A stretch of DNA of 64,000 nucleotides from assembly GCA_965197965.1 (NCBI GenBank), contig OZ240235.1:90621-154620 (forward strand). The letters run 5' to 3'. The first letter of the stretch is position 1; every line of letters begins with the position of its first letter. The translations under genes were made by a program, and so were the position numbers. The notes beneath the pieces were generated by a model. That model had not been told where the DNA came from, did not search any database, and saw only the letters and a program-made list of their open reading frames with translations. This DNA is from Dehalococcoidia bacterium (lineage in GTDB: Bacteria; Chloroflexota; Dehalococcoidia; Lucifugimonadales; QGNO01). Below, piece after piece: positions 8,446 through 17,417 of the stretch.

Positions 8446-8850
8446 ATGAGCGACACGGACGGTTTGATAGAGAAGATCCTGGCGCAGAAGACGATTGCCG
8501 TGGTAGGCCTTTCACCCAGGCCGGATAGGCCGAGCTACCAAGTTGCCGAATACCTGAAGGATGCGGGTTACCGGATTGTTCCCGTCAATCCATCGGTGGA
8601 AGAGGTGCTGGGGGAGAAGAGCTATCCCGACCTCAGATCGGTCCCGGGGACCATCGATGTGGTGGACGTTTTCCGCCGGCCCAGCGACGTGATGCCGGTG
8701 GTAGAGGAGGCCATAGAGGTCGGAGCGGGGTACGTCTGGATGCAGGAAGGGATTGCCAATGAAGCCGCGGCGGAGAAGGCCAAGGCGGCGGGGATTCCGG
8801 TGGTCATGGACCTCTGCATAAAGAAGGAGCACGAGTCGCGGTTAGGGTAG
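8446..8850 (+). CDS. CoA-binding domain protein (YccU/YneT-like)
   Basis: KTIAVVGLSPRPDRPSY...GYRIVPVNP...VDVFR pattern. ATG 8446 preferred over GTG 8407. TACAAT box sits 6 nt upstream of the ATG, so the mRNA may be leaderless. Confidence 0.7.
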   Translation: MSDTDGLIEKILAQKTIAVVGLSPRPDRPSYQVAEYLKDAGYRIVPVNPSVEEVLGEKSYPDLRSVPGTIDVVDVFRRPSDVMPVVEEAIEVGAGYVWMQEGIANEAAAEKAKAAGIPVVMDLCIKKEHESRLG

Positions 8851-8860
8851 GGGCCGCGCC

Positions 8861-9063
8861 CCTGGATTCCCGTGCCAAGTGCGAGGATGATGGGCACCGC
8901 CCACGCCGTCATTCAGAGGCGTTAACGCCGAAGAATCCAAAGCCTCTGTCCGCAAAGCTACGACGTTTTTGGTGAACGGTCTTGGATCCTTCGTTGCACT
9001 CAGGATGACAATAACCGCGGTCTGTTCCTTGACTCCCGCTCACTCCCTTCGACGTGCTCAGGG
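8861..9063. repeat. REP-like cluster, four units including one in inverted orientation
   Basis: Units at 8861-8892, 8908-8938 (inverted: reverse complement GGATTCTTCGGCGTTAACGCCTCTGAATGAC), 8983-9010, and CCCTTCGACGTGCTCAGGG at 9045-9063. The last overlaps the vapC stop codon. Confidence 0.7.
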
Positions 9064-9489
9064 CAAATCCCTTTCTTCCGGGAGGAGTTGCAGCGAGTCC
9101 ACATGACGGGGCCGCAGGAGTCCGAAATGACGGTGGTCAAGGGTAGCCAGTTTTGGCTCGTTGAGACGCTCTACAACCGCGAGAACCGCAGAATCTACAA
9201 ACCCCACATCAGAGTCAGAATAGCGATCGGTTAATTCACGGATCCGGCTGTAGTCTTGGGCGAGCAACTCCTCGACATGATAGGCGCCAGCAAGGACATC
9301 GTCCAGAAGAGCGAGGAAGACTCCAACGTGAAGTCTTGTCTGTATCAGCCAGTCCACTTCGATGAGAACAGGGGCAGGGATCACCAGTAACTCCGGAGTG
9401 ACCTGCAAAAGATCGAGACACCGCCTGTGCTGGGAGTCGTTGCGGTCGAGTGTGGCGTATAGCGGCCCAGTGTCGAGGACTAGCGCCAT
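9058..9489 (-). CDS. vapC: PIN-domain toxin VapC
   Basis: MALVLDTGPLYATLDRND start and acidic PIN residues. Overlaps the upstream RHH antitoxin gene by 10 nt. Confidence 0.8.
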   Translation of the reverse strand: MALVLDTGPLYATLDRNDSQHRRCLDLLQVTPELLVIPAPVLIEVDWLIQTRLHVGVFLALLDDVLAGAYHVEELLAQDYSRIRELTDRYSDSDVGFVDSAVLAVVERLNEPKLATLDHRHFGLLRPRHVDSLQLLPEERDLP

Positions 9490-9704
9490 GAACGGGGTTC
9501 CGGCCGTAAGTCACTTGCTTTGCTCGCTGTGTCCGTGTATCCCGAGGCACCAATACCCCAACTTCGGGGTCGCGGGCGGTAGCTCTTAGCTTTCTCTTCC
9601 AAGGCCTCTCGGACCAAGGCGGCCATTGACGTGCGACGTTCCGCAGCCATGACTCTCAGGTGCTTCAATAAGTCGTCCGGAATGGAAATAGTGGTGCGAT
9701 TCAT
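9480..9704 (-). CDS. vapB: ribbon-helix-helix (CopG-like) antitoxin
   Basis: MNRTTISIPDDLLKHLRVMAAERRTSMAALVREALE is a classic RHH N-terminus. Confidence 0.8.
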   Translation of the reverse strand: MNRTTISIPDDLLKHLRVMAAERRTSMAALVREALEEKAKSYRPRPRSWGIGASGYTDTASKASDLRPEPRSWR

Positions 9705-9797
9705 GACATCATGATAGCAGCAGTGATGCTAATGGTCAACAGAAGTTCTGCTACCTCGCAGCAGACACGGGGCTTATGTGCAATGCAGGTAAAGAAG

Positions 9798-10559
9798 CTA
9801 AGGCTTTTGGACGATCAATATCCGCCGGTGTTCGTTAGTTGCGACGCCTTTTGCCGTACTGAATCGAGAGATGATTTGGAGGACCTTCTGGTAGTGCATT
9901 TCGATGTCGAAGTCTTCCGGGATGGAGATGGCTTTCAGCCAGAAAACTAGCGATTTCTCATCCAGGAAATAGTAAGGGACGTTGTACTCCTCCTGAAGAA
10001 TTATCCGGCATTCCTGATCGATGAAGGCTTGGACTAGCGTATCCCAATGTTGACTGGGATCGGATTTGTATTTGCCGCCTGCGTCACAGCCAAAGACCGT
10101 GCATATGTTTTGGGTGTTTTTTGATCCTACCTGCTGTGTGATGAAGACCCCATCAGACTTCAACACCCGTAATATTTCGGCGGGGAAAACAACAGAATGT
10201 CTGTTTAGCACCAGGTCAAACGAAGAGTCCGAGAAATGAAGAGCATCTGCTGGCATTGTTTGGAAGGAAAGTCTGTCCGCCAAATCCGTGGACAGGTATG
10301 CTTGCGCGTCCCGGATCATTTGTGGACTGTTGTCGATTCCTACACCTTTCCCGAAATATCGAGCTAGTTCTGAGATTCTCTCTCCGCCTCCCGTGCCGAT
10401 GTCCAGAACATAGCTCGACGGATGGAGATAGTTCCGTACTATATCGAAGTACTCCCATGGGACGGGGTCACGTGCTACGCGCAGCTCTGAGAAATCCCAT
10501 CTACGCCGGTGGTTCGCTTGGTCGGCTATGCGTTTTAGTTCAGGGTAGTTCATGGTCAC
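9798..10559 (-). CDS. class I SAM-dependent methyltransferase
   Basis: VLDIGTGGGERISELA (motif I) and FDLVLNRHS (motif II-like). Confidence 0.75.
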   Translation of the reverse strand: MTMNYPELKRIADQANHRRRWDFSELRVARDPVPWEYFDIVRNYLHPSSYVLDIGTGGGERISELARYFGKGVGIDNSPQMIRDAQAYLSTDLADRLSFQTMPADALHFSDSSFDLVLNRHSVVFPAEILRVLKSDGVFITQQVGSKNTQNICTVFGCDAGGKYKSDPSQHWDTLVQAFIDQECRIILQEEYNVPYYFLDEKSLVFWLKAISIPEDFDIEMHYQKVLQIISRFSTAKGVATNEHRRILIVQKP

Positions 10560-10575
10560 TTTCCGCTGCGCCGCC

Positions 10576-10682
10576 CCTGGGTTCCTGCCTGCGCAGGAAC
10601 GACGAATGGGGGGTGTGCGCTTGACTATGTACGCTTGTCTCTCTGCGACACAGATTCTTCGCTGCGCTCAGAATGACGGTTT
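10576..10682. repeat. REP-like pair (GGGTTCC hairpin unit plus 60-bp long unit)
   Basis: GGGTTCCTGCCTGCGCAGGAACGACG at 10579-10604 (8-bp perfect stem). Long unit at 10623-10682 ends in AGATTCTTCGCTGCGCTCAGAATGACG. Confidence 0.75.
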
Positions 10683-10692
10683 GCATAGGGGT

Positions 10693-12048
10693 TCAGGGCA
10701 GACCCGGCGGGCGCAACTCCACGCCGAGCACCGACTCGCACCAGTGTGCTGATGCAAGCAGCTTGGCTTCGGCAAACGGCGCCGCCACCAGCTGGATCCC
10801 CAGCGGCATGCCGGCGGCATCCAGCCCGGAGGGAATTGCTATGGCGGGAAGCCCGGCAGACGTCCACGCCGCCTGACAGACGGCGTTCCCCGTGGTGGTG
10901 CGGTCTCTTGGCGCAGCCGCCGGTGTTGCCGGAGTGAGCAGCACGTCGCAGTCCTTGAACATGGCCTCAGCGTCTCCGCGAAACCTGGCTCGAACGCGCT
11001 GCGCCTGCAGGTATTGCGCCCCCGGAACAAGCATGCCCACCTCTATTATGCGGCGCAGGTGCGGGCCGTAGTCGTCGGGGTTCTGGTTGTACATCCGCTG
11101 GTGGAAAGCGGCCGCTTCCACGTTGATGACCACGCTGCGCGCCGCCTCGTGGAGGTGGAAGGTATCGGGGAGCTTAATTTCCGAGACGGCGGCTCCAGCT
11201 TCCTCCAGCCTTCGCACAACCTGGTCGGTGTGGCGGCATACTTCTTCGCTGGCGTTTTCGTAGAAGAACTGGCGTATCACGCCGATGCGAGGCGGGTCTT
11301 TTTGTGCGGCCAAGTCGCTCACATAATCTTCGACGGGTTCGAGGGATGAGCTGGCGTCGTTGGGGTCGTGGCCCGCCATCACTTGAAGCAGCAGAGCGGT
11401 GTCGTTCACGGTGCGGGCAATGATGCCCACGGTATCGAGCGACCAGGCGAAGGGGACGACCCCATAGCGACTGATCCTTCCGTAGGTTGGCTTCAGTCCG
11501 ACCACTCCGTTGTAGATGGCGGGACGCAGAGTGGAGCCGCCGGTTTGAGAACCGAGGGCGGCGGGACACATGCGAGTGGCAACCGCCACCGCCGATCCGC
11601 TGCTGGAACCGCCGGGCGTGTGCTCCCGGTCCCAGGGGTTGAAGGTAGGGGAGGGGTCTCCGTCAGCGAACTGAGTGGTGACCGCCTTGCCCAGTATGAT
11701 GGCGCCTGCGTCCTTCAGCTTCGCCACGCTGGTTGCGTCGTAGCCGGGAACGAAATCACGGTACTGCGGCGCGCCGGCGGTGGTCAGGACCCCTTTGGTA
11801 TAGTAGATGTCCTTTACGCCGATGGGTATGCCGTGCAGCGGAGTGCGGGGGCCAGATCTGCCGATCTCCGCTTCGGCGTCCCGCGCCGATTGCCGGGCGG
11901 CCTCTTCGTCCAGGGTGACCCAGGCTTTGAGCGAAGGCTCCAACTCCCTGATCTGTTCCAGCAGAGATTCCATCAACTCAGGCGGGGACAGCTTGCCGCT
12001 GGCTATAGCCTGAGAAGCTTGGGCTATGGTGAGGTCTCTTGATTCCAT
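10693..12048 (-). CDS. amidase-signature family amidase (GatA/AtzE-like)
   Basis: GGSSSGSAVAVA amidase signature and GIPIGVKD motif. Confidence 0.85.
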   Translation of the reverse strand: MESRDLTIAQASQAIASGKLSPPELMESLLEQIRELEPSLKAWVTLDEEAARQSARDAEAEIGRSGPRTPLHGIPIGVKDIYYTKGVLTTAGAPQYRDFVPGYDATSVAKLKDAGAIILGKAVTTQFADGDPSPTFNPWDREHTPGGSSSGSAVAVATRMCPAALGSQTGGSTLRPAIYNGVVGLKPTYGRISRYGVVPFAWSLDTVGIIARTVNDTALLLQVMAGHDPNDASSSLEPVEDYVSDLAAQKDPPRIGVIRQFFYENASEEVCRHTDQVVRRLEEAGAAVSEIKLPDTFHLHEAARSVVINVEAAAFHQRMYNQNPDDYGPHLRRIIEVGMLVPGAQYLQAQRVRARFRGDAEAMFKDCDVLLTPATPAAAPRDRTTTGNAVCQAAWTSAGLPAIAIPSGLDAAGMPLGIQLVAAPFAEAKLLASAHWCESVLGVELRPPGLP

Positions 12049-12056
12049 GGCTGCAA

Positions 12057-12245
12057 TTAGAGGAAGAAACCGGGCTCCACTTCGTTGTGGGAAAGACTGG
12101 TTGAAAGGAGGTGCAGATGCCCAGCCATCTCCTTTATATGCGGGAGCAGTTGCTCGGCGTAATCATTGCCCCAGATGCCGACAGCCCGTTGCAGCATGGC
12201 GTCTGCTAGTTCCTGTTCCGGCTGGCTTTCAAGGTTCTGGGACAT
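12057..12245 (-). CDS. small GatC/AtzG-like (DUF4089-like) putative amidase partner
   Basis: 62 aa, ends 8 nt before the amidase start. Helical N-half and C-terminal EVEPGFFL resemble the EPAPVF tail of AtzG-type subunits. Assignment is tentative. Confidence 0.4.
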   Translation of the reverse strand: MSQNLESQPEQELADAMLQRAVGIWGNDYAEQLLPHIKEMAGHLHLLSTSLSHNEVEPGFFL

Positions 12246-12287
12246 GGTCGCTGGAGGATATCACACAAGCCGACGGTGGAGCGCCCT

Positions 12288-12391
12288 TCCCTTCGACTAT
12301 GCTCAGGGTAAACTTCAGGCTCAGGGCGAGCGTGCAGGCGGGGCAGAGGCTTTGGATTCTTCACTCCGCGGAGCTTCGTTCAGAATGACGG
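12288..12391. repeat. REP-like pair
   Basis: CCCTTCGACTATGCTCAGGG unit, then TTGGATTCTTCACTCCGCGGAGCTTCGTTCAGAATGACGG at 12352-12391. Confidence 0.7.
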
Positions 12392-12466
12392 TCGGGGCAG
12401 GCGCGCGGGTAGCACAGGGCGGTTCGCTAACCGCCCCTACGGGGAAGGCTGACCGAAGTGAACCGG

Positions 12467-12841
12467 CTAGGCTGGAATCTCCACTTCCACCAGTGGGCTG
12501 TCCTCCAGCCATAGATCGAAGTTGGCGCGTAGGTTCTGCAATCGGGGCAGGGATTCCATCATGGCATTGAACACGGCGCGGCGCTGAGACTCCGCGGTTA
12601 CCGGCGTGGCCTTTGCCGGGATGTCCCTTTGGAAGCTCTGCTTGATATGCAGAGTGAAGTCAGGGCTTGCCAGCAAGTTGGCATACCAACCGCGCCTCCC
12701 CGGCCTCCCCGTGATGTACACCTTGTCGCCTTGACAGTGGGCCCATATCTCTACGCGCCGCTCCTGGCCGGACCTGCGGCCCATGGTGGTGATGTCTATA
12801 ACGGCGTCGTTGATGAGCGCGTTTCTGGTCTGCTCGTCCAT
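12467..12841 (-). CDS. deazaflavin (F420)-dependent nitroreductase/DDN family protein
   Basis: ITTMGRRSGQERRVEIW...GRPGRRGWYANLLASPD matches the PF04075-type pattern. Confidence 0.7.
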   Translation of the reverse strand: MDEQTRNALINDAVIDITTMGRRSGQERRVEIWAHCQGDKVYITGRPGRRGWYANLLASPDFTLHIKQSFQRDIPAKATPVTAESQRRAVFNAMMESLPRLQNLRANFDLWLEDSPLVEVEIPA

Positions 12842-12850
12842 GATCCCGTC

Positions 12851-13891
12851 CTATAAGGGTAGAGATACCGCCTCTCCGCTTTGCGCGCTGCGAGTCACCG
12901 CTTCGGTGAACTCCATGTACTTCACGCCATCCTCAAAGGTGGTCAGCTTCACTTGCTCTATGCCTCTGATAGCGTTGATGAACTCCTCTTCCACTCGCCA
13001 GTCACCTTGCTTTTGGGGGTCTATCTCCACCTTGGATAGCTGTGCGTCGCCGCGCTTGCCTGCGTAAAGCTCCATCTTATCGGCGTCCAGTTTGATTGTG
13101 CCGTCCGAGCCGAATAGCCATACCTCGTTGGCCGGAGCAAGGCCGGTCACAGAGCTGAACCGCAGTTGAGCACGGGCGCCGCAGGCCATTTCGCAGAGGA
13201 CGTCGGCGTGGTCGGGGACCTCCACGGTGTGAAGCTGTCCCTCTGCATCGCGGCGCTGTTTGACAAAGGTGTTGGTCATCGCCATCACCTTTGTGGCGGG
13301 GCCTATCCAGCGCATCAACATCTCGTACCAGATGCCCATCATCATTATGTTGAGGCCGCTCAGGTCGCGGCTCTGGCGCCAGTGAAGCGGGGTCTCCGCA
13401 TCCAGAAAAGAGGCGGAGTTGTTTCTCACATCAACCGCCAACACCTGGCCCAGGTAGCCCTGGGAGATCATCTCCCGTACGGTCTGGTCCACCTTCAGGG
13501 TCATTGGGGCGGGTACAATCTGTGCGACCAGATGCGGAGACGCCCGTGACGCCTCCAGCATGGCGTGGGCTTCGTCGGCGTTCATTGCCATGCGAGCTTC
13601 GGTCATGACGTGTTTGTCGTACTCCAGAGCGGCGAGGGTGATGGCAGCGTGGAGGTAGGGCCAGGTGCCTATGCAGATAGCGTCCGTATCGTCCGCCTGC
13701 ACCAGGTCCAGCCAGTTGTCGTAGACCTTGGCTATGCCGAACTCCCTGGCGGCGCGCTCGCCGGACTCCCTGGTGCGGTTGCACACGCTGACAAGCTCCA
13801 CTCCCTCTATGGCTTTGAACCCGGGGGCGTGGCGGATACGAACGTTGCCCCCTGCGCCTACGATTCCCACTCTGATCTTTTGCGGAGTCAC
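12851..13891 (-). CDS. Gfo/Idh/MocA family oxidoreductase
   Basis: IRVGIVGAGGNVRIRHAPGF Rossmann N-terminus and EKPMA-like TEARMA motif. Confidence 0.8.
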   Translation of the reverse strand: MTPQKIRVGIVGAGGNVRIRHAPGFKAIEGVELVSVCNRTRESGERAAREFGIAKVYDNWLDLVQADDTDAICIGTWPYLHAAITLAALEYDKHVMTEARMAMNADEAHAMLEASRASPHLVAQIVPAPMTLKVDQTVREMISQGYLGQVLAVDVRNNSASFLDAETPLHWRQSRDLSGLNIMMMGIWYEMLMRWIGPATKVMAMTNTFVKQRRDAEGQLHTVEVPDHADVLCEMACGARAQLRFSSVTGLAPANEVWLFGSDGTIKLDADKMELYAGKRGDAQLSKVEIDPQKQGDWRVEEEFINAIRGIEQVKLTTFEDGVKYMEFTEAVTRSAQSGEAVSLPL

Positions 13892-13985
13892 TATTCACGC
13901 TCCTTTGGCAAAATTACGTTCCCACCCAGCTTTACAGCGGGATGGCGTGTGCTATTCTATCACCAATTTAGGAGGCCGCTTAAGC

Positions 13986-14669
13986 ATGACCCCGCCTGTA
14001 ACTCTGGACTATTTGGGGCATTGCGCCTTCCTTTGGAGTATGGCGCATGGCGTACGGGCTCTAATAGACCCGTACGGGAACTCCGCGGAAAGGCACTGGT
14101 TTCTCAGGCCATTTCCAGAACTGGAAGTCGACGTGGTGATGTCCACCCACCGCCATTTCGACCACGACGCCACTGGATCCGTGTTGGGGAGACCCACCGT
14201 ACTGCGCGGGGCAGGTAAATTCACGCTGGCCGACCTCTCCGTAGAGGGGGTGGCGGAGCTCCACGCCGGCCGTGAAGGACGCGAGCCGCTGGCGAATACC
14301 ATCTTCGTGGTGGAAGCGGGCGGCGTCAGGTTCTGTCACATGGGGGACAATAGAGCCGGCATCTGCGGGGAGGCACGCGAGGCTATTGGTCATGTAGACG
14401 TCTTCATGGTGAACGTTGACGACTCCCGTCATCTGCTTACGTTTGATGAAGTAGGCGACGTCATAGAGGACATTGGGCCAAAGGTGGTTATCCCCATGCA
14501 TTACTCTATTCCCGGACTTACGAGCGAAGGCTCTACCCTGGGCACTATCGATTGCTGGCTAGAGTCTAGGTCACGCATTAGAAGGATGGAGGATGGCCCT
14601 TTCAAGATAGGGTATGATTCTATACCGAGGGAACAAGAGACGTGGGTTATGACTGCGAGCTTAGGTTGA
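13986..14669 (+). CDS. MBL-fold metallo-hydrolase
   Basis: STHRHFDHD metal-binding motif. ATG 13986 has a GGAGG RBS. The longer track ORF from 13728 overlaps the upstream gene's antisense. Confidence 0.75.
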   Translation: MTPPVTLDYLGHCAFLWSMAHGVRALIDPYGNSAERHWFLRPFPELEVDVVMSTHRHFDHDATGSVLGRPTVLRGAGKFTLADLSVEGVAELHAGREGREPLANTIFVVEAGGVRFCHMGDNRAGICGEAREAIGHVDVFMVNVDDSRHLLTFDEVGDVIEDIGPKVVIPMHYSIPGLTSEGSTLGTIDCWLESRSRIRRMEDGPFKIGYDSIPREQETWVMTASLG

Positions 14670-14677
14670 AGATGTTA

Positions 14678-14711
14678 CTGGACTAAACGAGGTACTAGAC
14701 TAAACGAGGTA
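14678..14711 (+). promoter_or_regulatory. 17-bp tandem direct repeat abutting the RBS of the SDR gene
   Basis: CTGGACTAAACGAGGTA / CTAGACTAAACGAGGTA (one mismatch), immediately followed by AAGGAGG and GTG 14726. Confidence 0.5.
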
Positions 14712-14725
14712 AAGGAGGATCCATA

Positions 14726-15481
14726 GTGGGACGGTTAGAGGACAAGGTAGCAATCATTACGGGGGCGGCCACCGGCATTGGGCGCGCCACTGCCCAGCTG
14801 TTCGCCAGCGAAGGGGCTAAAGTAGCGGCGGCGGACCGCAACGTGTCCGATGGTAAAAAGACGGTCTCGGCGATCAAAGAAGCGGGAGGCGAGGCCATGT
14901 TCATAGATACGGACGTTTCCAAAGCGGATGAAGTGCAGAGTATGGTGGAGCAGGCGATCAGCGCCTATGGCAAGCTGGACGTTCTGGTGAACAACGCTGG
15001 TGTGCTCATCCGCACTTCAAAGCTGCACGAAGTCTCCGAATTGGAGTGGGACCTCACTCTGAACACGGACCTCAAGGGCGTGTTCCTGTGCTGCAAGTAC
15101 GCCGTGCCGCGGATGATGGATAGTGGAGGCTCCGTGATCAACGTGTCGTCCACTTCCGGCATACGCGCCTCCCTTATATCCTCTTCCTATGGGGCGGCCA
15201 AGGCTGGCGTCATAAGCTTGACTCAGACTGCCAGCCAGGAGTACGCCGAGAACAGGATACGGTTCAATACCATAGTTCCCGGCATCATAGATAGCCCGCA
15301 ATCCAGGGGGAGCACCGGCAGCACGGAAGAGTTCGAACGGCGCGTCAAGGAGAACCCGGCGGGCAGGGTGGGTTTCCCTGAAGACGTAGCCCAGATGATG
15401 TTGTTCCTGGCTTCCGACGAGTCTTCCTACGTATCGGGGGCCAGCTTTGTCATAGATGGAGGACGTACTGTAGGATTCTAG
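14726..15481 (+). CDS. short-chain dehydrogenase/reductase (FabG-like)
   Basis: KVAIITGAATGIGRA cofactor motif, NNAG, and the YGAAK catalytic motif. Confidence 0.9.
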   Translation: MGRLEDKVAIITGAATGIGRATAQLFASEGAKVAAADRNVSDGKKTVSAIKEAGGEAMFIDTDVSKADEVQSMVEQAISAYGKLDVLVNNAGVLIRTSKLHEVSELEWDLTLNTDLKGVFLCCKYAVPRMMDSGGSVINVSSTSGIRASLISSSYGAAKAGVISLTQTASQEYAENRIRFNTIVPGIIDSPQSRGSTGSTEEFERRVKENPAGRVGFPEDVAQMMLFLASDESSYVSGASFVIDGGRTVGF

Positions 15482-15512
15482 TTACGAAGAGCTTAAAGTG
15501 GAGGGAAGCTCG

Positions 15513-15755
15513 ATGTCACATAGAGAACTGAGGGATATTATAGATAAGGCTGTGGCCGACTACGGATTTCGCCTTGCGGTCATGCACGGCGTGGAGGACG
15601 TCATTGCGGCCTCTGATCTCTCTGAAAAGGAGTCGGACGCTTTGCGCGATGTCGTCGTGCCTGAGCTGAAGGAGTTGCCGGACCCCGTGGAGCCGGCGGA
15701 CCGTCCTTCCGTGCAGGCCAGGTTGGCGGACCTGGCGTTCAGAGGGGCCGGCTAG
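15513..15755 (+). CDS. small helical protein, NHLP/LigA-like clan (tentative)
   Basis: ATG 15513 with a GGAGGG RBS. RELRDIIDKAVADYGFRLAV...LSEKESDAL resembles Os1348/Franean-type small helical domains. Tentative. Confidence 0.35.
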   Translation: MSHRELRDIIDKAVADYGFRLAVMHGVEDVIAASDLSEKESDALRDVVVPELKELPDPVEPADRPSVQARLADLAFRGAG

Positions 15756-15835
15756 TATTGCCGGCGCTGCCCGTTTGAAGTAGAGCCGCTGTAAATGAGC
15801 GGCCTGTATCAAAATCAAACATTTGCGAGGGAGCC

Positions 15836-16381
15836 ATGCCAAGAATACCTGAAGTCCTCAGTAGAGACGACCTGCCCTCTGAGAGCAGGCATGCCTTCGA
15901 CGAGATCGAGGTGAGCCGGGGCCGTGTGCAAGGGCCATTTGCCGTGCTTCTCAACAGCCCGGAGCTGGCGCGGCGCATAGCGGATGCCGGCGCCTACGTT
16001 CGCTTTGAGTCGACCATACCGGCCAGGGTGAATGAGCTGGCGTCGCTGCTTACGGCGCGGGAGTTTGACTGCCAGTATGAATGGACGGCTCATCAACCCC
16101 AGGCTGAAAAAGAGGGAATCCCGGACGAGGTAATAGCGGCCATTCGCGACCGCAAGCCTCCCCAGGGCCTGCCTCCCGACGAGGCGCTGGTGGTGGAGTA
16201 TTCGCTGGAGCTGCTGAGGAATCACCGGGTCTCTGAAGCCACGTTTAATGCTGCGTTGACGGTCTTAGGAGTGCAGGGACTGATCGATCTCACAGCAACC
16301 ATTGGCTACTACAGCATGCTAGCAGCGGCCCTTAACGCTTTCGAGGTCGCTCCGGTGGGAGAGCCGTTGCTCCCCGTTTAG
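15836..16381 (+). CDS. carboxymuconolactone decarboxylase (AhpD-like) family protein
   Basis: Two CMD-like helical repeats; FDCQYEWTAH motif region. Confidence 0.65.
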   Translation: MPRIPEVLSRDDLPSESRHAFDEIEVSRGRVQGPFAVLLNSPELARRIADAGAYVRFESTIPARVNELASLLTAREFDCQYEWTAHQPQAEKEGIPDEVIAAIRDRKPPQGLPPDEALVVEYSLELLRNHRVSEATFNAALTVLGVQGLIDLTATIGYYSMLAAALNAFEVAPVGEPLLPV

Positions 16382-16403
16382 CTCACCCCGGCAAAGGACG
16401 CGC

Positions 16404-17393
16404 TTGGCACTACTACTGGACAGGAGCACAATCCAAAGTCTCCTCACTATGGAGGATACTTTGCAGATCATGGAGCAGGCGTTTGTCCAGCTTGCAGAAC
16501 ACGCCGTAGACATGCCTAAGCGCTTGACTATGAGCGACGCTCAACGCGCGGGCTGGACGGCCTTAATGCCGGCAAGACTCCTTGAAAGCGGCGCTTTTGG
16601 AATCAAGGTGGTTACCACTTTTGACGAGAACCCATCCAAGTACGGCGCACCGACCATCATGGGCACCATCCTGTACATGGACCAGGAAACAGGGCAGGTG
16701 CTTTCCATCATGGACGGCGGCTTTATCACCGCAATGCGCACCGGCGCAGTGTCCGGGCTGGCGACCAGATACCTGGCGCGGCAGGACGCGTCGACGGCGG
16801 GTATTTTGGGCGTCGGAGTGCAGGCGCGGACCCAGCTTGAAGCTATTTGCACCGTGAGGCGCATTGATTCCGTGTTGTGCTATTCCAGTGGCAACGCAGA
16901 GCGGCAGAAATCGTTTGTAGAGGACATGTCCCGTCTTCTAGACGTTGAGGTTAGGGTAGCAGGATCCGCTCAAGACGTAGTGGAGGCTTCGGACGTGCTG
17001 GCCCTGGCCACGACATCGCACAACCCTGTGCTGGAAGGAAGGTGGCTGAGACCGGGCACGCATATAAACGGTGTGGGTGCTCATAAGCCTGACGCCAGGG
17101 AGCTTGATACGGAGTCGATCATCCGCTCCAAGGTGGTGTGCGATTATATTCCGTCATGCCTGGCAGAAACGGGGGACTTCATTATCCCAATCGGGGAAGG
17201 AGCCTTCAATGGCGATATGATTCATGCCGGCCTGGGAGAGATAGTGAGGGGGGACAAGAAAGGCCGTGAGAGCAGCGACGAGATTACGCTGTTCAAGAGC
17301 GTGGGCCTTTCCATTCAAGACGTGGCCGTCTCCCAGTTTGTTTACGACAAAGCGGTGCAGCAGAGCGTTGGAGTCAACTTCGATTTTTCCTGA
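16404..17393 (+). CDS. ornithine cyclodeaminase / mu-crystallin family protein
   Basis: AFGIKVVTTF...TAMRTGAVSGLATRYLAR...GILGVGVQAR pattern. Confidence 0.85.
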   Translation: MALLLDRSTIQSLLTMEDTLQIMEQAFVQLAEHAVDMPKRLTMSDAQRAGWTALMPARLLESGAFGIKVVTTFDENPSKYGAPTIMGTILYMDQETGQVLSIMDGGFITAMRTGAVSGLATRYLARQDASTAGILGVGVQARTQLEAICTVRRIDSVLCYSSGNAERQKSFVEDMSRLLDVEVRVAGSAQDVVEASDVLALATTSHNPVLEGRWLRPGTHINGVGAHKPDARELDTESIIRSKVVCDYIPSCLAETGDFIIPIGEGAFNGDMIHAGLGEIVRGDKKGRESSDEITLFKSVGLSIQDVAVSQFVYDKAVQQSVGVNFDFS

Positions 17394-17417
17394 ATACTGA
17401 ACGGAAGAGAGGAGCAT

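Noticed and set aside
10552-10937. Short ORFs (60-80 aa, both strands) across the 10.56-10.69 kb spacer and the amidase 3' end
   Set aside because: They run through REP-like units or antisense to the amidase. Similar pseudo-ORFs appear wherever the repeats occur (for example 25571..26046, 29905..30344, 44426..44754), so they are artefacts of the repeats.
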